This document shows positions 38,554 through 50,455 of a DNA stretch of 64,000 bases, piece by piece (position 1 is the first letter of the stretch; every line of letters starts with the position of its first letter). The stretch lies in NCBI GenBank assembly GCA_001179505.1, contig CDMY01000113.1, positions 124,881 through 188,880 on the forward strand, given 5' to 3'. The notes under the pieces are model-generated. The model saw nothing but the letters and a program-made list of their open reading frames with translations. It did no database searches and had not been told where the DNA came from. The DNA comes from Vitrella brassicaformis CCMP3155. Lineage: Eukaryota; Protista; Chromerida. Made by a program: the position numbers and the translations under genes.

Positions 38554-38587
38554 TTGGAAGCAAGCTCGCATTGGAAGCAAGCTCGCA
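38554..38587 (+). promoter_or_regulatory. Tandem 17-bp repeat TTGGAAGCAAGCTCGCA x2 in the PIGW/formin divergent intergenic region
   Basis: Exact direct duplication; contains the AGCTCGCA motif also seen upstream of other genes. Confidence 0.5.
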
Positions 38588-38763
38588 TTTCGGAAACTCG
38601 TTTTTGGCCCTGCAAGGCTTCTTAGTCGAGGTTCAGTAGGCCGCGGAGTCAGCGGAACCAGAGAAGAAGCCATCGGCTCGACAGAAGAGCGGCGACAAGA
38701 CGTCGACGCGCCGCCCTGGCGGCCAGAGGACGTTAGCTCTTTAGCCTCGGAGGCCTGGTGAGG

Positions 38764-40078
38764 ATGAGGCTAACGTCCTTGGGCCTCTTCAGCACCTGCA
38801 CGACACTGTTCGTGCTCGTAGCCACCGTGTACTGGAGGTTTGAGCACTCGGTCGAGGTCCTCGGGTACCTCTTATGCCTGCTGACATGCCTGTGCCTGGG
38901 AGCCATCGCTGGGTAAGAAATATGCACCGCAGAAGCATGGATCTTGGCCCATGATTCATAACTCGTTGTGTGGATTCGGGTGTGTTGGTTTCAGTGTTGT
39001 GGGGCTGATGTGTGACATCATACGGCCACCAAGCCGTGTCTCTGCCCACCCGCCAGCCCATGGCGTCGCCAGCAACACGGTTCCGCTTCAGACGAGCCAC
39101 CTCGCCCACGGCACACCCATCCTCTGCTCGCACAACCCGGGCACAGACGTCATGAGCGTGAGCAGCACCCACCGCACCATCGCCACCTGGACAGCACCGC
39201 TCACTCTCACCCCACAGCACGCGTCACCCACCTCCGGCAACGTCAGCAACACAACTGCTCTCTCCTCTCCCGCTGTGCCCGAGTCTCCCCCACGCGCCGT
39301 CGGCCAGCCCGACGCAGAGGGGTTCTACGACGCCATGAGTGCCACCAAGGCGTCGGTGGGCTGCCAGGCGACCTACCTGTGGGTGGCACACCGTGGCAAG
39401 CAGGAGAAGGCGCAGACCGTCAAGGGGCGGGAGGAGGTGCAGGACCCGACGGTCCCTACCCCATCGCCGCAGCGGCAGCAGCGGCCACCGTCCAAGGACA
39501 AGAGGAGGAGCACCAGGGAGGGCGGCATCGGGGCGGACGTGCGGCGCCACAGCAAGATAGCGGACATGGCTGCCTACTTCTTGCCATTCCTCGCCAAGCA
39601 ACTGGGGGTCAAGAAGCTCAAGGACCTTCCCAACACACTCACCGGTCTGGCCAAGGCGGTGGCCAACCAGGACAAGACGGACACCAAGACTGACAACAAA
39701 CACAAGCCCGCCAGTCCCCCCAAGCAGACCACCCAGCCCCAGCCCGCTCCCGCGGCGGCTGGCACCGACACGGCCACTGCCAAGAAGCCCGCTGTGGCCA
39801 AGCCCAAGAACGGCATCCCTCCCCGGCCCAAGGGGAAGCTGCCCCCTCCCCCGCCGCCCCGGGGCAAAGGTCCGCCCATCAAGAAGGCGTCGGCTGCCAG
39901 CAGCGGTGCGCTGGTCAAGGCCAAATCGGCCGGCGGCGCGGCCCTCCCGCTGGGCAAGAAGCTGCACGTCACTAGCATACCTGACGATAGGTTGGAGAAG
40001 TCTCTCTTCAAGGTGAGTGAGGGGAAAAAAGGGCGGGTGCGAAGCGAAGCGGGAGGGAGGGAGATGAATGAATTGTTC

Positions 40079-40109
<31 letters not shown>

Positions 40110-43100
40110 GTGTGTATAGGAGACAGCGTTGGACGAGACCAAGTTGCGGATGGTGTTGGATATGGACGCCTTGCGGTCGGTGTTTCGGCCCGACCCGCCG
40201 GCCAAGCGGCAGGAGACGAAGCCGCACCACATTGCCGAGAAGGACCGCACTCAGCCACAAAAGAAGAAGATCCTCACTGACGGACGCGCACAGGTGGGCG
40301 TGAGGGAGGGAGGGAGGGAGAGGCCCACACCCCACGACCACACAACACCGATACCCGCAATGTTCCTCTATGTGCACGTGTGTGGTGCAGAACCTGTTCA
40401 TCACCGTTCGCCGGCTGACGTACAAGCCAGGCATCCTGTGCAACCAGATCCTGCTGCCGCTCAAGATTCCCCTCAAGCTCGATGCCATCGCACCCACCAT
40501 GCCGACCCCCCTGGCCATCCTCACGCAGCCCAACCACACCCCTCCGCCCCAGGCCGCCCTGCCGGAGGTGTCCGAGTCCCTGCGGTGCAGCGGCAGTGTG
40601 GTGTCGTTTGGCGCCCCGTCCAACAGGGGCAGCGAGCAGCGGGAGGGCGACCGCGAGTTGGGTTTGTTGCTGTATCGACTGCGGGACATGGTGTGTGGTG
40701 AGGGGGAGAGGAAGGCGTTTGAGCAGCTCAAGAGGGGACTGGCGGAGGACATAGAGCGTCTCAACCAGGCATTCCTGTGCCAGGTGGGTGCATCAGGCGG
40801 GATGGATGGACGTGAAGGACATACTCTATCCCTTCTTGTGGCCATCGTGTGTTGCGTGCAGGAGGAGATTACAGCGTTGAGGGCCTACGAGGGGCCCCTT
40901 AATGAACTGCGGGAGATGGAGCAAGAGGTACGTCACACACACAACACTCACCTGAACACACACTACGGAGGCCCGCCCTCTCACTCTGTGGGTGTGGTGC
41001 GAGTGGTGATGTGTGCAGCTCCTCCCATTTGCGTACGTCGAGCGGCCCCAGGCGCGCATATCAGTGCTGGAGATCGCTCTGACTGTCGAGCCTCGTTGCG
41101 CCGAGGTACTCAAGGAGATCCAACGGCTGCAGGAGGCATGCAAGCAGGTAACACACAGACAGATGAAGCAGACAGCAGCACGCGCCACTCCACCCCATAC
41201 ATTCTGTGTGTGTGTGCAGTTGCTGAGTTCCGATAGTCTCAAGCAGCTCTGCCACTTCTGCCTCCACCTCATCAACTGCATCAACGGGCACACAGGCACA
41301 CAAGCCAAGGTACGCACATAACACCAACCCCCCCCACACACATCACAACACATGTCTGATGTATGTGTCCATCCATGCAGGCACCTAGTGACACGAACCA
41401 CCCCTTTGGGCCCTCTCGCGCCCTCCCGCCGTCCAGCATCCCCCGTCCACCATTCACAGCAAAGTCCAAGCTGCCACCCCCACCTCCGAAGGTGCGGCCG
41501 CCCAACCACTCTGCGCGCAAGTCGCCCCCCACGCCACGCGAGGAGCTGCCAACACGGATCCCCGGGCCCTCCGCCACCACCAAGGCCAAGAATGGCGGTG
41601 GCGCGGCCAGCACTGCTATTAATGGCGGCAGAGAGGTGCATGGCGGCATCCGGGGTTTTCACCTGGGCGATCTGAAGAAGTTGGCGGATTACAAGGACAA
41701 GCGTGGCAGCACCAAGGTGACCCTGCTGCACGCTGTGGTGTGTGCGTTGACCGAGGTGGCGTACCAGCGGGAGGGGGGGAAGGGCATCGATACCAAGTGG
41801 CAACAACAGCAACAGCACAATGTCGACCAGGCGGTGAGAGAGACGCACAGGAAATGGGTGGGCGTGTCCATGGACAGCGCATCACAATGAATGCTGTGTG
41901 TATGTCGCAGGATGTCTATTCGGATATGGACGCGTCGCCGTCATCTAGTCGTTTCGGTTGGACCCCCCAGAGGAAGGCCGAGCTGCCTTTCCCCCCGTTC
42001 GTCACCAAGCTCAAGGAGGAACTGGGCACCCTCAGACTCGTCACACGGGGGCTAGGAGGTGCGTGACACCAACACACTCACTCACATACAAACACACGTC
42101 GATCCATCACATGTGTTGTGTTTGTCTTCCTTTCCTTCAGAGGACATCGACGGCCGTCTGTTGGAGCTCAAGCAGTCGCTCAAGTTCCTGGAGAAGGAGA
42201 TATCCATGCACGCCCGATCATACCGCCCCACGGCAGTCAACCTCTCGCCCACACAGATCACCAGCACCCCACCTCCCGTCATCCCAATGCACCAGCCCGT
42301 CTTCCACCAGCAGAGCAAGACACCTGCATTCGGTGAGCAGAGCGCCACGCCGCGCAGCCCGCCCATGAGCATCCGGATTGTCGAGGCGCCGAAAGACCCC
42401 GAGAGCCCCACCCGGCTCGCCAAGCCAGCCGTCAGTCCATCGCCCTCTCCAGATCTGCTGTCGCCCATCCCTCCCAAGCCCACCAACCAGCAGCTGAGCG
42501 GCGCCGAGGCCATATCGCCCGATGCTCTGTCGCCTTTGCGTCAGCCGTCCCCCTCCCCTCTGCAGAAGATGGCGGCCATGTCGCGTGAGGCCGCTGCGAT
42601 GGCGGCCAAGATCAAGTCGCCCAGGGACTCGATGCAGTCGGTGGCGTCCATGGCCAGCGCCATGAGCGGCGGATCGGCCGATGGGGGGCTGTTGGAGATA
42701 ATTGAGGAGGGAGAGGGAGAAATGGAGGGGATCACCAAGCGGGAGAAGAATGCACTGGACCGACTGATTGAGCTACATGACTATGGTAAGACAGGCAGCT
42801 AAGCAACACTGCACACCGGACCGACAAGAGGCCCTTGCCTTGGTGTGTCTCTGTGTTGTTTGTTCCTTCAGTTTCTGGCCAACTCAGTGAGATAACGTTG
42901 CAGTATGACGGCGTGGTCAAGGCCTGCCGTCGTGTCCTAGAGTGGTGCGCCGAGGAGGAGCCCTCCGACATCGCACTCCCCCACCCGCCTCCCAAGGCCA
43001 CTGCACCCACCGAGGGCGGCAACGGCGGCCCCGAGACGACGGGCGGTGGCGCGAGGGATGAGAAGAAGGAGACTAAGATCACCAAGAAGAACCTGCAGGT

Positions 43101-44264
43101 GCTCGACTCGGCCTCACGGCTCATCATCATGACCACTGACCTAATCAAAGCGTTTGAATCTGCCTGGTCAGCATGGAGAGCCACATGCGGGGGAGAGGGA
43201 AGATGTGCCGTGCTGATTGGTTTGGTTGTCTTGTCTTGTCGGTCTTCGTGTATGTGTGCAGGCGTGACGTGATCCGTTCGCCGGCATCGTATGAGAGTTT
43301 GGTGCCCACTGCGGGCTTCATCCGGCTGCTCAAGTTGCCGTCCCCCCCGCCAGCCAGAGCCCGACTCTCGCGCACTCCCAGGACAGCCATCAAACGACCA
43401 GCTCGCGAAGTACGCATACACACCACACACAACGCGACACACCACACAACACAAAACCCGCGCTCACGTGCTCTTTGTGTGGTTGCCGAATGTTCAGCTG
43501 ACGCCCCAGACGGCCCGCCCGTTGTTCGGTGACAGGTGCAGCAACAACTCGGTCGAGGACCGATTTCCCGTGCCGTTCGCCCTTCCCCTCGCCCAGCAGC
43601 AGGAGTCCCCCGCCATCCGTGTGGACGGTGCTGGTGACATCGACGAGCACCCGTCGCCCGAGGTGCCGTCCAAAAGCCGTCGCGTGTCGTTCGGCCCCAG
43701 CAAGATCCCTCTCCTGGACCTGACGCGACTGAGTGCTGCTGAGGCGGCCAAGGGCGGGCAGGTGGACGGGGGTGGCGACGAGGCGGCTAAGCTGCGCATG
43801 TCAGTGCCTTCACTGGTGCAAGCCTTCAACAGAGGGGCGGCACTCAGACCTCCCAACGCATTCGCTTCTCGCATCGTAAGCAAACATGAGGGCAGGGAGA
43901 GAGGGGAGTGATGACTCCCATGCATCCCTATCTCTGTGTGTGTTGTGTGTGTGTGTTGACTATACAGCCGGTGCGTGTGACTCCCCGAGACGAGAGCCGC
44001 CGTGCGCCCCTGCAGATGTCCCCCCCGCCCCAGGTGTTCAACATAGCCGCCAGCGACACCGACCAGGGCCGGGAGGAGCTGCCCGAGTGGAAGGACCACT
44101 TCTGGTCGCCGTCCGGCAACCCCAGTGCGGCCGCATCGGCATCGGCGTCTGCATCGGCATCATATCCGGCGTCGCGCACCGTGAGCCACATGGAGAGTGA
44201 GGTGTCGGGCCACATGGAGAGTGAGGTGTCGGCGGAGGACCCTGATGCGGCCGAGGCCGACTGA
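38764..44264 (+). CDS. Formin (FH1+FH2) with a predicted N-terminal two-helix membrane anchor
   Basis: LPPPPPPRGKGPP FH1; KKLHVTSI; DGRAQ|NLFITV (conserved Ile); GFHLGDLKKLADYK...TLLHAV. First exon 38764-38912 is spliced in frame through intron 38913-38994. Confidence 0.85.
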
Positions 44265-45132
44265 CCGACTAACGCAGCCGTGCATCAGTACACACATACA
44301 TGTACATGTGCAATTTATGTATGTGAGCAGCCTGTCAGGAGGGAGGGGAGAGGGGAGGGATCCATGAATCGATGGATGGATGGATGGCCTGCGTGTGTGT
44401 GTGCGTTTGGATGGATGGTGACCAATGCTTTTATTCCCATATGTGATACAGACGGACGGACGGACGGTGGACGGCCTACGCATCTTTTTTGCTCCAAAGG
44501 CTGCGGTGGATTGTTGTACATATTACAGGGGTGTGTGTGGTCGTGTGGTACCTTTATTTTGGGCCGGCAGGCTGTGTTCGCTTATCTACTGGCTGTTGGA
44601 TGCCCGCCCGCCGCCTGTTTTTTTTATATTCAGGATGGCTGGCTGCCGGGTCTGTTGTGTTTTATTATCAGAACGAGTGCACACACACTGCTGACTGACG
44701 CGATGTGCTGAAAGATGATGCCAATGATTGACACACAAGAATCTTTCAGCACACCATGTCCGGACATCACACACGAGCCGAGGGCACTCAAAATCTGCAC
44801 CCAATCCATTCCAGCTCATCTCACCATTGCAATGACCTGGGCAGAGAATAAGGGTACCCTACACGGGCGGATCTGCCGGAACCATGATTGCAAGCTGTGC
44901 ATGCGATCTCGCGACAAAACGGGAAAAAACCTCTGGTGTTGGTATCGTTGCATCGCGCGGCAGCGGCCAACATCTTCTGCCATTTGCGAGAGCAGCAGTT
45001 GCTGAAGTAGCGCCGACATTGGCTGAGGGTCACGTCGAAAGGTGAGGACCTGGGGTGAGGAATGCACCAATCGGCTTGATGCCTCCTGTTGTGCCTCGTT
45101 TGCTGGCCAGGCGAGTAATTGTGTCTGTCGAG

Positions 45133-45846
45133 ATGGCGGCGGCCTCTGTGAGCGAGTCGACGACGTGCTTCAAGTGTTGTGGCAAGTTTGAGATGACCTA
45201 CTCCTCGGAGAGGGAACCGCAAAAGCTCCCCTGCGGTGAGCAAGCGAAAGAAACGCGGGAGCGAGCAGAGCAGCATTCCTCATGGGATTCTGCGTCTCAC
45301 TCAGGTCACACACTCTGTAGGGAGGTACGCATGGGTGCGTGGGTGCATCCATCCATCGTGCAGTGAGTGCATTCATGCATCCACTGCCGTGTCCGCGCCT
45401 CGTTTTGCAGTGCGTTGCCTGGCTGCTGCGCGAGACCTCCCACGGCGTTGCCGTCGGCCATGGCCAGTACGCCTGGGACATTGGCGAATGCCCTGCCTGC
45501 CAGTACGCACACACGTCCCTATCATACGCACACAGACGCACCCACCCAGCCTTTCCTTTGTTTGCTTGTCCGTGCGTTCATCAGGAAGGAGTTCGCCCTG
45601 TTTCGCGAATCGCCAAAGAGCACGCACCACAAGTTTGTTGCGCCCATCTCACCAGGTGCGTGCGTGCGTGCGGGCATACACACACCGTGCACGTATGTGT
45701 GCACCAAACAAAGGAACGGTCCGGCACGTGTGCGTGCGTTCATTCGCTCAGGTGGCAAAAGTGGTCCGACGCAGCCCGAGGCAGAGGATGGGGAGGATGA
45801 CTTAAAGGCCTGCATCGAGGCAGCGTTCAACTTCAGGTGCAAGTGA
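45133..45846 (+). CDS. Small RING-HC (C3HC4) zinc-finger protein, putative E3 ligase
   Basis: Spliced CFKC...PQKLPC|GHTLCRE|C...CPACQ over five short exons. Confidence 0.75.
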
Positions 45847-46292
45847 TGAATCGATAGCGAGTGGGGAGTGGTGTGTGGTGTGAGGTGGAGGGCAAGCTAG
45901 CTAGCGAACCGAGGGCAGGTGCGTGTACATAGCTGATGGGCGGGTGCAATGGAAGGAACACACACCGACAGACAGTCGCTGACTGTATGCATGTCCATCG
46001 ATAGATGGAGGACAGACACACAAGCAGGCTTTCCCTCTGCCTTCTTGACTCCCTGCTGCTGCATGGATACGTACGTGTGGTGATCGGTGACCTCTTCGGT
46101 GCAGTGTGTGGGTGTGTTGATATGATGACTGACCGGACCAGTGCATTGCCACGTATACCCAATCGCCGGATGCGTTGAATTCATCTTCACACGGTGTGCT
46201 GGTACAGCTAGCTACTCACAGACGGTCGACAAGACATGTCCTGGCCGAATGACTACTCACCCACCCCCACCACGCCCCTTTGTGCTATCTAT

Positions 46293-47753
46293 CTACATCG
46301 CTGCTGGCACCCTCCTCGCGATGACCGCTACGTCCGACTCGCCAACCCTCTCGAAGCGCACGGTGAAGCCTGCGGGGAAAGGGACTGAAGGCCGATCGAC
46401 GGCACCTGAGATACCGTTGCGGATGCCGTCGTTGACGGCGCCTTCCTCGATCTCTATCTTGATCTCCTGAATCCCCGGCAGCTTCGCCAGCGACCGCACC
46501 GTCTGCTCCACGAACAGCCGGCCAGACAGAGGGGGAACTGCACACACGCACCAACGAACGAATGCACGCACACGCACGCGCGCGCGACACATGAATGAAG
46601 ATAGATGATCAGCTGTAGGTGTTTCCTTAATTACCGTTAGGCTTGATGTGAAAGGATTCGATGTTTGGCAGACCTGCGACGTCCTGGTCGCTCCACTGCA
46701 CCACCGCGTTGCCCCTGGACGGATCCATGACCCCTGCAAGCTTCCCCTTGTGCAGGTGCCCTGCAAGCATCCGCAGCACGTGGAGCGCATCGTCGTGACG
46801 CACGCCATAGCGGCCAGCAGCCAGACGGAGGTTCTTGAGCGACAGCATCCTCTTGGCGACGGCTGGTATGGGTTCGTGACGATCTGCCGGGCGGCTAACA
46901 ATGAGCGTGGTTGCGTTGGGGAATGCGTCGGGGGCCAGGTAGTTGTCTGGATCGATTGGGTGAGCCTGACCCGCCCCCGCCGGAACGGCCCCCCCGCGCC
47001 TCAATTCGCGCCTCTGCAAGACCACGGCCTTCGCCGAGCGGAAGTGGAGCTGCTTGGCGAACTCACTGGCGGCCGGGGAGAGGGCGGGAGAGGGGTGCAC
47101 GACCACAGCGGGTGCAATGCTTGCGATCTTCTTGACCCACTCCTTCATGTAGGGGGAGGGCGGAGGGGCCGTGGGGAGGGCGGCAAGGATCTTGCACAGG
47201 TCGAGTCACATCGGGACCCAGTTTGTCCACTCCTCTACGGCTGGCGGCTCTTCGCGGACGAACTCCACCAAGGGGTGTCCGATGGCCCGTTTGAGCTCCT
47301 CCAGACGGCGGAGCGAAGGCAAGACGTCCTTGCCAAGGAAGAAGCTAGCCACGCCACTCCCATCGACGTTGCCGTGGTCCTCAGGCACAAACATGACGTT
47401 GACCTGCTCCACAGCCATGCACCCTCGCTCCGCCAACGCATTCTGAATGAAGGACAGACAATCAACACACACATCCAGCCGTGTTGTGCCGGTCCACCGC
47501 CATGCACCCACCATACCTTCAGTTCCACGAGCCCCTGTTGGTTCGCTCCGCCATGTGGCGAAAGCAAGATGCAGATGGTCCTGATGCGACTGAGCCAGTC
47601 GGCCTCCCCGTGGCCGGTCCTGGGATAGCAAGTCCGGACAGACCGGGCCATCTCGCCAGGCAGCCGACCATCAATGACGTCGGGCAGCTGGACGGGGAGT
47701 TGCCCTCCTCCCTGCTGCGGAACTAGCTGCGGCACGTTGCCGCTGGCCGCCAT
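46293..47753 (-). pseudogene. Lineage-specific gene interrupted by a single in-frame TGA (47206-47208)
   Basis: ORFs 47206-47631 and 46627-47148 are in the same frame: WVPM*LDLCKILAALP...YMKEWVKK. Confidence 0.55.
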
Positions 47754-48055
47754 CTCAATGGATTAGAGGCAGCTAGGCGCCGCCAGCCACCCTGCACACA
47801 ACAGACAGACAATACAGAAAACATGAATCCATGAGTTGCCAACGCCTGTCATCGCATCTACCTCGCAGTTGGCTTTCGGCCAAGGACAACGGTACGCTAC
47901 ACACGTGCAGAAGCACACCCGAACGGCAACGGGTTTCGTTCGATCCTACGTGCGAGCTTGTATGCGTGCGCCGCAAACGAAAGAGGAAGGGCAGCGGTTG
48001 AACAGCCAAGCGGCAATAAGGAGAGTACCGGCTTGGGCGAGATCTGCATCAGATC

Positions 48056-50120
48056 ATGGCGCAGCTGCGGCAGATCTCTCAGAGGACGCCAACATCAGAG
48101 CCCAGCGACGCCTTGCAGCCACGCCGGCCCGGCCTGCGCTTCCTCCCACTCCCTCTCGCCCTCTTCCTGACCACCCTGTGGCGTGCAGCTGCTGACCAGC
48201 TGCCGACAGAGCTCTTTCGCAACCATCGAAGCGCCGGCCGCAGGAAAGGCAGGACCCATGCATCCCTAATGTTCATCCCCTCTCTCCGCCTGTCCTCTCA
48301 TCAACGCAAAGCGTCGGCGAGGACAGACGCGGCTCGGCTCCCGCCGCTGGGTGGCTGGATGCCGATGACGTCTTCTTGTGTGCGTCTGCATGTGGTCAAG
48401 GAGCCAGAGGTGGCCGTGATCAGAGGTCTGAGTGAGGGTGAGATGGCGCTGATGCGGAAGCTGGAGAGCGAGGAGCAAGACTACCACGACCTGCAGAAGC
48501 AGCTTGAGAACCCTGACGTGTTCGCCAACCCACAGGTGTGTCACCTTATAAGAAATAAAGAATGATCAATGATTGCAGACTCAGTGTGTGTGTGTGTGTG
48601 ATTGTGTGTGTATGTGTGTGCGTCTGTGTGTGGGTTGGTATTGGGGTGCGTGTCAGGAGATGGCTCGGATCCAGAAGGGCATCGCAGCCAAGGAGGAGTT
48701 GATGAGCACCTTCCAGGAGTGGCGCAAGGCGCTGCAAGACCTGGACACCACAAAGGAACTGCTCTCGGCCGAATCAGGGTGAGCAAATGAGTGGAAATCC
48801 GATGACATACACTGCAGAGGACCATGGGGATGCACGGTGTGGTGTGTTGTGGGTGTCAGTGAGATGCGTGAGTTGGTGCAGATGGAGCTGGATGAGCTCG
48901 CGGAAAGGATACCAGAGCTCAAGCAGAAACTCGAGGTCAGTCATGGTGGGAGTGGAAGGAGGAGGGCAACATAGGCAGCATGCAAGTGCGTTGGTCTATT
49001 GGTTGGTCGGTCGATCAGATATTGCTGCTGCCGACGGATCCGAACGACGACAAGAACATCGTCATGGAGATCCGGCCGGGCACGGGCGGCGACGAGGCCA
49101 GCATATGGGCACAAGACCTGCTGCGGGTGGGTGAGGTGCATGGCGTCATCCAGTGTGGGGAGGGAGCATGGCCGTCCTTAGCCCACTGCTCCCTGTTTGT
49201 TGCTTGTGGCAGGTGTACCAGAAGTATGCCGGTGACCAGGGGTGGCGGTGCAAGATCGTATCGGTGAGTGAGAACACAACGCCAGCCAGCAGCGAGCCGG
49301 AAGAAGTGCACGTCTGCTGGCGTGTCTGGCTGTCCATTCAGGAGGAGCCACCCATGATGGAGGTGGAGGGCGACAAGGTCTACAGCAAACTCAAATTCGA
49401 GTCTGGGGTGCACCGGGTGCAGCGTGTTCCCGTCACCGAGACTCAGGTCGGCGGGGGATCAGCGCAGAGGAGCCGTCACGCGACATACACAACGCTTTCT
49501 CTCTTCTGTGTGTGCGTGTGGTTGCGGGTGTCAGGGCCGCATCCACACGTCCACCGCGACCGTGGCCATCATGCCTGAGACGGATGATGTGAGCGTGGAG
49601 CTCAACATGGATGACGTCGAGCTCAAGACGGCTCGGTCCAGCGGGGCGGGTGGGCAAAATGTCAACAAGGTCGAGACCGCCGTCGACCTCTTCCACAAAC
49701 CCACCGGCATTCGCATCTTCTGCCAGCAGGAGAGGTAAATACGACCTCTCCCCTCCATGCAGACATCCATCCATCCCCGTGCGGCGCGGTGCTGTGTGAA
49801 TCAGGTCTCAGCTGAAGAACAAGGAGACCGCCCTGAAGATGCTGCGGTCGAAGCTCTATGCGATGGAGCTGGAGCGTCAGCAGGAGGAGATCGCTTCCCT
49901 GCGGAAGATGCAGGTGGGCACCGGGGCGCGGTCCGAGAAGATCCGCACCTACAACTACAAGGACGCTCGTGTGACCGACCATCGCCTCAAGAGGAACTTC
50001 TCGCTCGACCAGTTCCTGGGCGGCAACCTGGAGGACTTTGTGGCCGCGTGCATCTATGCCGACCAGCAGGAGAAGCTGCAGGAGCTCAACGAGGAGACCA
50101 AGCTGGTGTCGGCTGCATGA
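48056..50120 (+). CDS. prfA: Nucleus-encoded organellar (probably plastid) peptide chain release factor 1
   Basis: [27 protein letters not shown]|GRIHTS (PxT), [26 protein letters not shown]; about 120-aa N-terminal leader with a hydrophobic stretch. Confidence 0.95.
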
Positions 50121-50455
50121 GATGAGTGGAGAGACCGTGTATGTGTGCGAGTGTGATGATGCGTGTTTTGTCGACTGGACGGTTATTTTGATCCAGTTCG
50201 GCTGGGCGCGTCGCATGGGGTGACTTCCGTTCATTCCATCTGTGTCGTCATTCAATTGCATGCATCGAACGGTCCGTCATTCGGTCAGATATCATGAGGA
50301 CACTTACGTAGACACAGGAGCTATTTACATAAAGATAGATAAGCAGGGCCGCCAGAATGAGGGTCCGCCGTACCTGTCTGAGGACAAATGAGAGGATGGA
50401 GCGTCGCTATACGCCCCCCTCCTCCATGTGTCCACACGCACGTACGAGCGGCCCC

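Noticed and set aside
44700-45060. Cys/Trp-rich short minus-strand ORFs
   Set aside because: No coherent motif or splice structure; cannot be supported as a gene
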